A DNA stretch of 63,976 bases, filler included, from Blastocystis sp. subtype 4 (lineage: Eukaryota): the NCBI RefSeq assembly GCF_000743755.1. It is 6 parts of 6 records of this genome, joined end to end, with 100 filler letters (N's around TTAATTAATTAA, not from the genome) between each part and the next. Parts side by side here need not be neighbours in the genome. Positions count along the whole stretch, not along the records: positions 35,183 to 45,491 come from NW_014569217.1; positions 45,592 to 55,919 come from NW_014569216.1; 4 more parts are not named here. One strand, given 5' to 3'. Below the pieces are notes generated by a model. That model searched no databases and was not told where the DNA came from. It worked only from the letters and a program-made list of their open reading frames with translations. Below, in pieces: positions 36,106-49,392 of the stretch; the first letter of the stretch is position 1; the number at the start of each line of letters is the position of its first letter. Position numbers and translations under genes: made by a program.

Positions 36106-39100
36106 TCACTGATTACCATCATAATACTCCTGCATGCATTTAATCTTCAAGAACTCTTCTCCCTGTATCTATTCATTAGATTCCTCTTCCAATCCTACTG
36201 TCAACTTCTCAAAGGCTCTCACAAACTCAATAGCACACTTGATATTCACAAGCAGAGGGACATTGAAATCCACTGCCATACGACGAATCTTATATCCATC
36301 TGTAATCGCTTGCTCTGTATTGTTCTTCGGTACTACAATTGCCAGATGAATAGTCTGGTGACGTATATAGTCCACAGCCAGATCCTCCTTCTTTCCTTCA
36401 CTCTCTTTGTACACACGATGCAAACGTTCCTTTGGAATACCGAATGCTTCCAAACGAGCAAAGGTTCCCTTGGTTGCAAAGAAATGAATATTCATATTCT
36501 GTAACAACTCCAGTCCCTCTTTGAACTGATTAAAGTCATCCTCAGGAATACTGATAAGGAAGTTGCGAGGACGTGAATCTTCCTTTGAGAAGAATTGGAA
36601 ATGGAAGTTGGTGGACAACAAAGCCTTCAAGAATGCTTCACTCACAGTCTCACCATAACAAGCCACTTCTCCAGTAGATGCCATTTCTACTCCTGTCGTA
36701 GGATCGGCACCACTCAAACGTGTGAATGAGAACATAGGTGCCTTACAACCGACATAATTCAGATCCCGCAATACAATGTTTCCTCTCTTGTATGGGAGAC
36801 CTACCATCACACGAGTAGCCAACTCAATGAAGTTGAAATCAAATGTCTTCGAAATGAACGGGAATGTACGTGAAGCTCGCAGATTGCATTCAATCACTTT
36901 CACATCATTGTTCTTTGCTAACAATTGAATGTTGAAAGGACCTGTGATCTGAAGAGACTTCGCCACAGCACGTGCAATCTGTCGAATTCGACGCTCTGTT
37001 TCTGTGTACAGTTTCATACTTGGTAACAACAGAGTGGCATCACCTGAATGAACACCTGCATTTTCAATGTGTTCAGAGATGGCATAGTTAATGATCTCAC
37101 CCTCATCAGCCACTGCATCAAATTCGATCTCCTTCGCTCCAAGAATGAATTTACTCACAACCACAGGATAGTCTGAACTAATCATTGCAGCTCGACCCAG
37201 ACACTGAGTCAATTGATCATTGTTCATGCAAACACTCATTGCAGCTCCACTTAAGACAAAGGAAGGTCGCACCAATACAGGATAGCCGACTTGATCCACA
37301 AACTCAAAAGCCTTTGCTGCTGAAGTTACAGGCATCCACTCAGGCTGATCAATCCCCAGACTGTCCAAGAGATTACTAAACTTACTTCGATCCTCAGCAC
37401 ATTCAATCATGGCAGGTGAAGTTCCAAAGATTCTCACATTATTGTGAGCAAGAGGAAGTGAGAGATTGTTAGGAATCTGACCTCCCACACTGATAATAAC
37501 ACCTTCAGATTTCTCAACTTCATAAATATCCAGAATACGCTCTAATGACAACTCTTCAAAGTACAAACGATCACTCTCATCATAGTCTGTTGAAACTGTC
37601 TCAGGATTGAAATTCACCACAATAGTCTTCTTTCCTGATTCTTTTAAAGCACGTACACAAGATACAGCAGCCCAATCAAACTCTACTGAGGAGCCAATAG
37701 CATAAGGACCACAACCCAGTACCATGACACCATGATCATTAAAAGTGATGTCATGCTCACAGCCACTGTATGTCACATACAAATAGTTTGTCATTGCTGG
37801 GAACTCTGCAGCCAGTGTATCCACTTGTTTCACCACAGGAAGTACTCCTTCCTTCTTACGAAGATCTCGAACCAATGATTCTTTCTCACGACGTGTTAGC
37901 ATATGACCTTTCTCCTCTTCAGAGAAATCCAGTAACATACCAATTTGCATATCACTGAAGCCAAGACACTTGAGTGTCTTCATACGATCTGTTGTCAGAT
38001 CCTTCAGACATCGTCCTCTTAGCCAAACACGTGTTTGATGAATGTGATCCAGTTTGTAAAGGAACCAGTTATCAATCTTTGTAATATCATGAACTCTCTG
38101 AACACTATAACCACGTTCTAGAGCCAAAGCAATGGCATGAATACGTCGATCATCAGGATGACGTAATAATTGTAAATACTGTTCTTCTGACCAGTCTGTA
38201 TCAGGCAGATCAAATCCTTGTACTAATGGATTCACCATACGAACCGCTTTCTGTAATGCTTCTTCAAATCGACGACCAATCGACATAACCTCTCCTACAG
38301 ACTTCATACAGGATCCTAAAAGAGGAGACACACGGTGGAACTTCTTCAGATCCCAACGAGGCACCTTCACTACACAGTAATCCAGAGATGGCTCGAAACA
38401 AGCAGTCGTAGTTCCAGTCACACGATTACTGATCTGAATCAAATTGTTACCCAGAGCCAGTTTCGCTGCTACATAAGCCAAAGGATATCCAGTGGCTTTT
38501 GATGCCAGAGCTGAGGAACGAGATAGTCTGGCATTCACTTCAATGATACAGTATTCCTCACTATCAGGATTCAAAGCATACTGAATGTTACATTCACCAA
38601 TCACTCCCAAATGACGGACTACCTTAATAGCTGTATCACGAAGCATCATATATTCACGGTTATTCAGAGTTTGTGACGGAGCCACTACAATCGAATCACC
38701 TGTGTGAATACCCAAAGGATCGAAGTTCTCCATGTTACACACAGTCACACAGTTGTCATAGCAATCACGCACCACTTCATATTCGATCTCCTTCCAACCA
38801 CGTAGATCCTTATCAATGAGCAACTGCTCGCTGCAAGTGAACGAACGAGATACCAACTCCACCAACTCCTCACGAGTCTCAGCAAAACCAGAACCCAAAC
38901 CTCCCAGAGCAAAAGCCGAACGCACCAATACAGGGTATCCAATCTTCTCAGCCACTTCAATCGCCTCCTCCACAGTGGTTGCAGGATAAGACAGAGCAAG
39001 TTTCTCATTGATCTCATCCAAACGTTCCTTGAACAACTCACGGTCCTCAGTATCAATAACTGTCTTGATAGGAGTTCCCAACACATGAACATGACGACGA

Positions 39101-40888
39101 GTCAGTTCACCTGATTCATACAGACTGATACCCACATTCAGAGCAGTCTGACCTCCCATCGATACCAGAAGACAGTCAGGATGTTCCTTATCCAACACAC
39201 GCTTCACAAAATCTGCCGTAACAGGTAGGAAGTACACCTTATTGGCTAGATTCTTACTGGTTTGAACAGTTGCGATGTTTGGATTCATAAGTACTACTTC
39301 CAATCCTTCTTCACGCATTGCTTTGATAGCTTGTGATCCGCTGTAATCAAATTCTCCTGCCTGACCGATACTCAAACCTCCTGAACCCAGAATCAGTACC
39401 TTTCGGTACTTCTGGAGTCGGAAGAAGTTGGTATTCAGAGGCTGGTTGAGTGGTGATTCATATCCACGAATGTTGTTCACAAATCGATCAAAGAGGAATC
39501 GAGTATCCAAAGGACCAGCACAAGCTTCAGGATGGAATTGAGAAGAGAAGATTTTCTTAGTACGATGAACAATACCTTCATTTGAATAGTCATTTGCATT
39601 GAAGAAGAGAGGTTGCCAATCCTCAGGCAATGTCTTCTCATCAACAGCAAAACCATGATTCTGAGAGGTGATAAAACAGTTGCCAGTAAGTAGATCCACA
39701 CAAGGGACATTCGCTGCTCGATTTCCAAACTTCATTTTGTATGTTTGAGCTCCAGCAGCCAAAGCCAACAACTGATTACCAAGACAGATACCAAAGATCG
39801 GAATATCTGTCGTGATAGCCCATTTCAGTTGCTCAATGGTAGCTTGTGCCATCTCAGGATTACCAGGACCATTACTCAGGAAGATACCATCATATTCATC
39901 ACGATGAGCCTTCAAGTCATAGTCAAAAGGAACTACTGTGACTTGAACATGTCTCGCACACAGACAACGAATGATATTATTTTTAATACCACAATCCACA
40001 GCCACCACACGAGGAGACATTCCTTGATTGAACACACGAGGACTCTTAATCGATACCTCAGCCACCAGATTCCGTAGATTCGGATCCTCGATCTCCACAT
40101 GTTGACCAGGGAACTCGATCTTACCTAGCATCACTCCAGTCTCACGAATCTTCTTTGTCAGCATTCGCGTGTCAATACCATACAGAGCAGGGATGTGATT
40201 CTCCTACAAATTGTGAGTATGGAACCGGGAACTAAGACGGATGTGGAGACTGCCGAAGCAACATCCGACAACTCAAACACAGTTCAGGGATTCAATATCC
40301 CTCAAAACGAGGAATAGGACGAATCCACATTTCTCTACCACTCCTGTAACAGACCAGACAGGTTATACTGTCAGATCCTGACTGAGGTGTGGACAACACT
40401 CAAAACACACACATACCTTCAACCATTCACTCAATGATTTCTTTGCAGCCCAATGACTGTATTCAAACGAGTAATCAGCAACAATAACTCCAGCAACATG
40501 AATCGAATCCGATTCGAACCACTTAGGAAGACCATATTCGTCCAATTCATCACCTGGAATACCATAGTTTCCCACCATGGGGAAGGTGAAAACCAGAATC
40601 TGTCCTCGATAAGAAGGATCGGTTAGAGATTCAGGGTATCCCACCATTCCAGTATTGAATACGACTTCTCCAGATCGAGATGTTTCTTCTCCAAACGAAT
40701 ATCTGACTTCTTACCAAAAACGACGTATACACATACCCTTCAAATACAGTACCGTCAGCAAGAACCAATTGACCCTTCTTCACGTCTCTGTCAATACATG
40801 TGTCTCCAAAGTTCGTGATCACTCTAGTTTCTACAAATGGTAAGAAATAAATACCTCACTGCATCAACTTACCAGTAGGAACACTCAT
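36106..40888 (-). CDS. Carbamoyl-phosphate synthetase, fused glutaminase + synthetase (no DHOase/ATCase)
   Basis: [43 protein letters not shown], tandem ATP-grasp and MGS domains. Last exon ...[12 protein letters not shown] follows a 30-nt intron. Confidence 0.96.
40215..40394 (-). ncRNA. SNORA74: Intronic H/ACA snoRNA, U19/SNORA74/snR191 type
   Basis: Inside the 213-nt intron 40204-40416. 5' hairpin with pocket AGUCA/GUUAC 14 nt before H box AGAGAA (40336-40331); middle hairpin; 3' hairpin with pocket GAGU/UAGUU 14 nt before AUA (ACA 6 nt later). Pockets are complementary to rRNA H69 GUAACUAUGACUC. Confidence 0.85.
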
Positions 40889-41339
40889 TGCAACTTAAGA
40901 GATATGATTCAGAGTTCTGGAAAGGCTTTTTTGGTTGTTGAAGAAAGTTCCTGGAATCCCCGTGGGTTGAAATGGGACAGAACTACCAAAATGGGTGGTT
41001 AAATAAGAGAAGGTAATACGGAAATCTGGGCATTTCTCCCTCCCTAGTTCAATTGTGGTCCCTTGGTTGGTACTTCTTTCTCTGGATGATTTCTTTGGTG
41101 TTACTGTTTCAAAGTGCTTCTTCCCATAGATAATGAATGAATTCAATGAATAGAAACAGTTTTGAAGGAAGAGAAGGAGAGGAATGGTTGCTTTCGTTTT
41201 GGATAGGTCCATAAATGAACTAAGTAGTTTTAAGAACAATAACAGGTGTTTATTGTCGAATCTGGATATGGTTATTGTTTCCACTATAATAAAATGCTAA
41301 TCACTATTTGAGAGGATGTTGATGTCAATTTCGTAGAGT

Positions 41340-42836
41340 ATTACCGTTCATTTGAATTCTCATGCTCCTTGCCAAAGGGTCGTATGCATTAAGGAGTGGT
41401 GAGTTATCTCATTTCTTGTTTCCCATTGACTCCAGCTATCAAACTATGCGGGAGGTGGTGATGAGTGCTTTGCATCAGTTAGTCTTATTGTTGGTATTCG
41501 GTACATTATCTAAGCCTATAGGCATGTTGTATCGGCTGATGGAATGGGTCCTGACGATATTCTTGTAGCTGTTGAGTTTTCCGATAATGATGTTTGCAAC
41601 AATATTACTGAATGATATGATAGAGTCGACACTATTTCGTTTCTCTAGATATGCCGGTTCTACCATCTGTTGATCATTATTACTTTTCTCCGTGTGAATC
41701 CATCGATCAGTGTACTAGTTGAAATAGAAGATGATCGGTAGCTTTGACTAGTGGTCTTGTGGAGTCGTGTAAGCGAGAGTCGCTTTCTGATATTGTTCGA
41801 GAGCCTGAAAAGGTTTGTATTGATTACTAGAATAATTTTCAGAGAATAAAGGAAGATATTCACTCATCTCCTATTGGAAAGAGTGAGACAACAGTTGTTC
41901 ACCCTACTATTACAGAAGTTACATCCAATAGTGATATCACTTCAAAGGACAATGGAGATGAGGTGAAGAAAGAGAATGGAGTTGAGGAGACGGTAGCTGT
42001 TCCAATGGAGGAGGCAGAAACTGAAAAGAAGGTAACTACTGAAGTGGAGACAGCAGAAGCTGAAAATACAAGTAAAGAAAATGATACACCGAAGCCCTTT
42101 GTAGTAACCTTTGATTCGGAGGGTTGGTCCGATTCATCAAGTTCGTCTGATTCATCTTCCTCATCTTCCTCAGAATCAGGAACAGATCGTGACAAGGAAG
42201 AAAATATAGTTCCTGTAAAATCTGAAAAGGAATCAGAAGCTGAAAAGAAGCTCGATAATACGACAGTCTTCTCAGAATCTGACGGTGAATCATCAAGTGA
42301 TGATGAGTCTTCCACAAAAGTAACTACTTCTGAGATCAAAACTACGATAGAGTCCAAAGCAAGGGTGATTGAAAAAGTGGATTCATCATTGTCTGAAGAT
42401 TCAGATAGTTCGTCTGACTCTGAAGATTCAGATAGTTCGTCTGACGGCTCATCTAGTAGCTCATCGGATGATTCTTCTGAAGAAGAAACAAATAAGGGAG
42501 CCAATAAGCCACCAACTGATGCCCAATCCTCCTTACGGTCGCTTCTACGAGGTTCTATTTCTATGCAATCATCATTTATAGTTTCAGGAGTGATTCCACG
42601 TCAGGCTGAACCAATTAAATCAGCTCCTGTTGCTCCAACTCCCAAGTCACGGAACGGACCTGTTCGTGCATTTAAAAACATATTTAAAGAGTATTAATTG
42701 TATATAATTGTGATTGTAGTGGAGATAAGACTACCGAAGTTGAAGTACCTACTCCAAAGATACCAGTAGCCACAGATAATGCCAAAGTGTACCGAAAGAA
42801 CAAACGGAATCAAACGAAAAAGGGAAAGAAGGAATA
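41340..42836 (+). CDS. Ser/Asp/Glu-rich probable nuclear protein, possibly coilin-like
   Basis: Exon 41963-42690 has acidic/Ser tracts; basic C-terminus; N-terminal pieces (FLFPIDSSYQTMREVV, SVDHYYFSPCESI) weakly resemble coilin. Start uncertain. Confidence 0.5.
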
Positions 42837-42858
42837 TACTTGTTTGGAGTCAAACATA

Positions 42859-43314
42859 TTACTTTCGAGTAAATAGCTTCCATATCACAATAAATACCAG
42901 TACAATTCCAAGAATAATGACAATAAGAGTAGGTTGATCAGCATTAGAAAGCAACTTACTCACTTTATTTAGCGCCTTCTGCATTCCATTTGCCACATTC
43001 GACATATCATTCCCCTATCAATAACAAAACATGTACAGTCCTACCATTCCATCAAGATACCGATTCTGCTGTTTAACTTCACCATCAATATCTACAGCGA
43101 TCTAGACATTAATTAATACAAAAAGACGAACACTCTTCAAAGAAGACATCTTATTTCGTAGTTCGAGAAGACGATTCTCATTTTCCTGTTCCAAAAGTAA
43201 GCGAGATCTCTCCAAAGCAATGCGATCATCATCATCCTATTCTCAAAATGACTCTATGAAGATTACACCAATGAGTTCTCTCTTTGATGCTTGATTTGAT
43301 CTCTTTGAATTCAT
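42859..43314 (-). CDS. Bet1/Sft1-like Qc-SNARE
   Basis: LLEQENENRLLELRNKMSSLKS|IAVDIDGEVKQQNRYLDGM|...; C-terminal TM LIVIILGIVLVFIVIW. Confidence 0.85.
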
Positions 43315-43483
43315 TTTTGTTATTCTCTGCTTTCCAGTTTTCGTCTTTCGGTGACCCAATGCGGCAGGCTGTCATCTCATTACCGTATTCGAGAATAATA
43401 GAAAATACTGGAATGTGAATATTCATACCTAATTTGATAATCTTTTCTATTTCTGTTTTCTCCGAATAGAGAGTGTTTGAAAC

Positions 43484-45184
43484 ATGAAAAACTATTCTCC
43501 TGGAACTACTGTAGTTCTAGGAATAGTTCTGTACTGACTTCTGAGGGTATAATATTTAGTTGTTACATTCTCTTGGAGAGCCGTGTTAAACACACTGGAA
43601 TCTTTGTACTTATTAATATATTATTTTTATTACTAGGATTTTGATGCTCAGTTATCATCCCGGATTCGTGTTCAGAAGGTTTCAAATAGTGGTTCAATAC
43701 GTTGTCAAGCGCTGGATGCTAATCGTTTGAATGATGGTTGATTAATGAGGATAGAACCATTTCAGAGTGATTTTTCTGTTGAAGATCTTATTATAAAGAT
43801 GGGCGGATCTATTATAGATAGTGATACAATGGACGCTTCTTCTTATGGGATTCCAACGAAGAATCTGTCTATTTCGTATCCTAAGACCATTTCTGAATTG
43901 AAACTTGCATCTCAATCAGGGATCAAGAAGCCAAAGCATAACAAAGAGGATGGCGTTGTTATTTTTGAATACAAAAACTGCTCAGCGTCAAGAAAAATAT
44001 CAAAAATGGAATGTGGGATCCTCAACTCATTTTGATGTATAGCTGTAGAATTTGATGATTCCAAGTTTGATGTCACCCTAGTGACTACAGGAAGCAAGAA
44101 TCGTGATTTTATTATGCCCATTTTTGCTAGTCGTTGGAATGGGTATTCTAGTTTCTTTTCCATCATCCATAGTCCAATTGTCTTTGTTATGCATTTAAAG
44201 GAAAAGGAAGTAATACCCTTCCGATCATTCTTAAAACAAGAGAATTCGTCCATTCTTTGTCGAAATCGAATTCAAATCATCACATATGTTGTTAGGAAAG
44301 GTGCTTTCTTTTATGACAATTATCCTATTAATATTCTTCGGAATCTGGGAATTCGACATGTCCGAACGAACCATTTTGCCGTATTAGATATGGATATGTG
44401 GATGAGTGGTACAGTCGAGTTACTTTTTTTACATATAGAGAAGTCTTATGAAGCTATCTTATCACTTCCACTTGAGATTCAATCGGATCCTCGAACAGCT
44501 GTTATTATTCCTGCATTTTTCCATACTGGTTGGGATATCTTCAATGGAACCCTTGATGAACAAGTTAATTCGTATCAATCGATGTCTATTCTTACAAGTA
44601 GTGTTATTCATCGTATTCCATTCACCATGAAAGAGCTTATCCAGTGTCAAACAAAAGGAAAGTGTTCTTATATGAAGAAGCATCTCTTTACTCATGTATG
44701 TTTCTTTAACTTATTTCATTGATAGTTGTATGTTCCTTGGAAGTGGATCTCTGATAAACGAAAGAATAATGTGAAATCTTATTACAATATTACATGTTGG
44801 AAGAATCCATATCAAGAACCTTATGTGATTGTGTATCGAAATGATTCTATTACACAATTCTATGAAGGATTTGTGAATTATGGATTCAATAAAATCTCGT
44901 ATATCGAAACACTACGACTGGATGGATATCGCTTTGTTGTTGGAGGTAATTTCTTTGCTTTTGATTTACCACATTATCCGTTGGTTTGTACTTCGTACTT
45001 GAGTCGTAGTTCGCGATTCCAGAAACAGCATGTAAATAACAGAGCCTCAATAAGCTATATGACTAATTATTATTACATGCAAAAGATTAGAAAGCGTTCT
45101 TTGGGGAAAAAGATACTGCATCCGATTTGTTCACGGTATCCGGTCAGTAGTTTAAATAGCTCAGTTGCAACAAACAGTAATTGA
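43484..45184 (+). CDS. GT49 (LARGE/B4GAT1-like) type II glycosyltransferase
   Basis: YPINILRNLG, VLDMDMW, AVIIPAF, EPYVIV, FYEGFVNYGFNKISYI, FAFDLPH. Confidence 0.85.
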
Positions 45185-45225
45185 ACTGTTTGTTAGGATC
45201 CAACATTCCATAGTGAAAAAGAAAT

Positions 45226-45298
45226 CTCCGAAGCGGGGAATCGAACCCCGGTCGTCCGCGTGACAGGCGGAAATACTTAACCACTATACTACTTCGGA
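45226..45298 (-). tRNA. tRNA-Asp(GTC)
   Basis: TCCGAAG/CTTCGGA acceptor stem, TAGTGG D loop, TCCGC-CT-GTC-AC-GCGGA anticodon arm, GTTCGATTC T loop, downstream T tract. Confidence 0.97.
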
Positions 45299-45426
45299 CT
45301 CATTATTTTCTGCTGTTTGGATCTCTAAAGGATCCAGTCACTCGTTTTGTGATGTTTATCTCATAAATCAGCTTTGTTAATAAATGTATCTCAACAAACA
45401 GAATGAACCTCACTCAATTGTTCAGC

Positions 45427-45963
45427 TTATTGCATCATGCTCTCATAGTAAGCAGCCTTCTGCTCAGCGAACTTGGCCTTCAGAGCACGCTNNNNNNNNN
45501 NNNNNNNNNNNNNNNNNNNNNNNNNNNNNNNNNNNTTAATTAATTAANNNNNNNNNNNNNNNNNNNNNNNNNNNNNNNNNNNNNNNNNNNNGGGGTTCAC
45601 TCTTCTGTAGGTGTTGGGGACAATGTCGTTAGGAAGGTGGAGGAACTCACGGAGATACTGGAGACCAGAATCAGTCAAGGTGTAGTAGAAGTGGCACCTA
45701 CAATCAACCAACTGTCGTATTCCCACCAGCTGTAGGTCTTGTTGACATATCCACGAGACCAGAGAGACTGAAGCAGCTTAATGACCTTCAAGTTGCTGAT
45801 GGTGATATCTTCTCCGTTCTCGTCCTTTCCAAGCACATAGGTGGCATGGACGTCATCAATAGTGGTGAAGACTCCGTCTACAGAGTAAACACTACTGTTA
45901 CCACTCCCTACCCTCAAAGAGCTGACGGTAAACCAGAAGGATGTCCTTTCTATCAACGAGCAT
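45427..45963 (-). CDS. RPS10: 40S ribosomal protein S10 (eS10), interrupted by gap
   Basis: [63 protein letters not shown]. Probable tail [16 protein letters not shown] beyond the gap. Confidence 0.92.
45492..45591. other. Assembly gap with linker (inside RPS10)
   Basis: N44-ttaattaattaa-N44. Confidence 0.98.
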
Positions 45964-46147
45964 TCTAATTCAACAAAGAAACAAGGGTAAATAACTTGTG
46001 AGAACTGGTGAACAGAATAATGCAATGATCGTAGGTAATTGAAAATCAGTATTCAGATTGGTGACTCCATAATCTATTTCGACGATTGTATTTGAAGAGA
46101 AAACAGATAATTAGGATTCCAGCGAATGCAAAAGTTAAAAGCCATTA

Positions 46148-47240
46148 TCATATATCATCACTATCAATAGGAGCACGTTTCTTCAATTCTGGATCCCGAG
46201 AAACAGGAGCCGGATCAAATTGGATTCTATACAACACAAGAAATGAATGCAGTACATTGAATAATTCATCTGTTCTCCAATCTCCAAAAGAGCGCCTTGA
46301 TTACCACACCGATAGCAGTAATTTGGGGCTGAGAATACTGTCAATACGTTATGGTTATGACACCAATTGTATCCCTCCATTGCCACCTGATGAGCACGAG
46401 TGATTAGACTAATACAGTTCTCCTTATTAAACTTCTCACTCACATCTTCACCAAAGGTAAATCCTGCGCCACGGGTAGATGTGCCCCAACCCTTGCGATC
46501 ATCGGGATCGGACCAAAGCAAATCGGATAATGGATTGTCGTGTTTGTTAAGATTAACTGATTCTACGGAACTCAAGGATATACTTCCAATCTCTGATACA
46601 CGGTCTAAGTTATGGATTTCGCTAATTGACTTGATGGAAGGAGATAAACCTCCGTGAACAACGAAAATTTCGTTTTCTATAAGTGCAGACACTGTAAAAT
46701 AGTCAAAAACGTCATTGAAACACTTCCAAACACTTGAATCGCCGTACTTGCGAATGCATTCATCAAAGAATCCGCCGCTATATCATAAGGATCTTATATG
46801 ATAAATACGAGATATTCACCTGTCTAGTCTCGTGATTTCCACGGAGAAGGTAAATCCTATCAGGATAGCGCACTTTTAATAATAATAACAAGGTGATAAT
46901 CTCAACCTATATATCAACGAATTCCAACATCAATACAGAATGAAAACCACGATCAACATAGTCACCCATGAACAGATAGTTTGTATCTGGTAAGTCACCA
47001 CCAATTTGGAATAGTTCCAATAAATCACGGAACTGGCCATGAACATCTCCACAAATGGTTATCGGACATCGAATCGGCTGGACATTCGACTCTTCTGCTA
47101 GTATCTCTTTTGCCTAGACGATTAACAATACTATTAAAGTAAACCTTAGTACAAAGAATCTCAACGTCATGCTGAGACAGGAGTTTACACTCCGAAACTC
47201 CGTGAATCCATTCATCTAGTTTCTGAAGAGAAAGCTCCAT
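46148..47240 (-). CDS. PP2A-like Ser/Thr phosphatase catalytic subunit (divergent)
   Basis: [36 protein letters not shown]. Confidence 0.93.
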
Positions 47241-47288
47241 GTTCTTCACTTCAACAAAAGATGTTTAAACAAACACTCACTACTAACA

Positions 47289-49206
47289 CTACAGTTCTGA
47301 TTTCCTTCCCTTCTCACAATAAACTGCAAGACCCAACTCCGGAAAATGAGGACCATCGAAATAGTAAGGATAAGACAAACTAGATTCAATAAAGACAAGC
47401 AGACGTACGTATCAACCATATCAACATCTGCATTAATGAGAACAGAATTACGTGTTTGAATACGATTATATCCGCGAATGAAATAGAGAAGTGGTTTTGT
47501 ACATGGAGTTGGATGTTGCTGTTGATAAAGGATAATCTACCTCAAAAACAAAATGGAATCCTACAAATTGAATCAACCCATCTCCTGAAGGAAGCATGGA
47601 GAACACTGTATCAAAGTGAGCATTATAGAACTGAAGATACCCAACAAGCTGGTTCATGTAACGATCACTTGAAATTTCTGTACAAATCACAGTAACCCTG
47701 TCTTGCAAGCCACAGTTCTCAATACGCTTCTTAGCGAGACTAGACATGAATAACGATACGAAGAACAACATGCAGTGTTGCCGATTTGTACAAAGATAAT
47801 AACTATGATCACAAAGATGTGTCATGAATCCAGTCACAGCTCCTTCCACTACAAATAGACAACCTATAACTAACTGTAAGAGATATGTTCCTACGACGAT
47901 GATCATTAGGCTTGATGTATCTCTTCATCACATCGATCTCATTCAACTGGAAGTCATCTTCCATATACGAAGGAGTCAACTTATTCTCAATACATATGCC
48001 AGCATTTGTTGGTACTAGTTGTGAGATAAGAATCAAATGATTACTGATTACATGACTACTCTGTTCTGCAAACCAGATATCACGACAACAATCATGAATT
48101 CCAGCAATATGCAAAGCAAGTTCATTCCACATCATACTAATTGCTACTCATCACAACAAGATCAAGATACTAACATGACTTCTTCTCACTACGCTGCTTT
48201 CGCAATCCTGATCTCACACCATCGATCGTCTGGTGAACAATAGCAACTAAGCATCATTCTCGAACCGAATCACAGACCCATATTCGACGCGTCCACCATC
48301 ACCTGTGAGGGATCACGAGAAATGGTCTGAACAATGAAGTTATCATACTTAGTTCGACCAATGACAAAATTCGGCATTGAGTGCCATGGAAACACTTCAG
48401 GTGTGAAGACAAATAGATCCTATATATTACATTAGTGAAGTACCCCAACAATAGCGACATCCCAGTAAGTGACACTTCTGTGGTTAAACATATCAAACAA
48501 CTCACTATAGATCATTCACTACAGAAACACACACTCTCGACTCTCTGTATGAAGAGAATATAGATCATCAGGGAAATTCGCGAACATGTTCTTTCGATGA
48601 GTAAACACCGAAACTTTTCGACTAATCTTGCCAGATTGGATTTCCTTATGTAGTTCTTTCAATACCATCGGTAACGTATTCTCAACAAGGATATCACCGT
48701 TTATGTATCCATAGAAAGGAAACTCCGGATAGTTTTCCATAGACAACTCAATCATACCAAAGAAGAAAGGCATACCAAAAGGAGCTTTGCTAGGCATCAT
48801 GACCTCGGTCAACTAATACGGAAACTCTTTGTAACACTTCAAATTGAACTTAGAACACTCACGAAACCAATAGTCATCATCACAATACACAATTCCAAGG
48901 ACTCCAGGCATAGTCGATAAAAAGTACAGTGTATTCCTCTGAAGTTCTGCAATTGGACTATGCTCATCCTAGAAAGTAAAAGAAACGAGAAATCCTGACA
49001 TCTGTCGGCATCACAGTGGTTGAGAGAACAAGAACCATATCGTTATTCTTTGCATAGGATGACTCTCCCATATGAAATGGTTCCAGCCTTTTGTGCCAAT
49101 CATTCACAGTTTCCCGCGAGGGACTCATAAACACGTTTATTATCACGATAATCCACAAAAATAGCAGGATAAACCCCGTTCCTGCAATACAACCGTCCTG
49201 ACGCAT
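47289..49206 (-). CDS. Type II membrane putative glycosyltransferase with C-terminal methyltransferase-like domain
   Basis: N-terminal TM; YGYINGDIL; PNFVIGRTKYDNFIV; VDASNMVAIVHQT; splices in frame into EIDVMKRYIKPND..SLAKKRIENCGLQDRVTVI. Confidence 0.6.
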
Positions 49207-49392
49207 CTTGTATTGAGTATAGGATAATTGATTTATATGAATAGATAATCTATTTGTATTTGTTTGTCATATGAGAAGCTTCCCGAGTAATGAAGTGAGC
49301 AAGAATGAGGGTGTCAAGTGGATAGTCAAATCAAACAAAATCAATCAAGTATGCAAAAGGACACAAAAAGAAGGAAGGAAAAGGGAGATTGA

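Noticed and set aside
40204..40416. TPP riboswitch, hammerhead or U17/snR30 reading of the CPS intron
   Set aside because: No CUGAGA core, no proper CUGAnGA/GAAA, and m1/m2-like words lack the right stem. The two-pocket H69 guide fits with exact 14-nt spacing.
40889..40960. Arginine-attenuator-type uORF upstream of CPS
   Set aside because: No suitable short upstream ORF seen on the minus strand.
40960..41280. Possible small plus-strand gene upstream of the Ser-rich gene
   Set aside because: Splice-like signals and a TGTTTATT are present, but no confident frame or homology.
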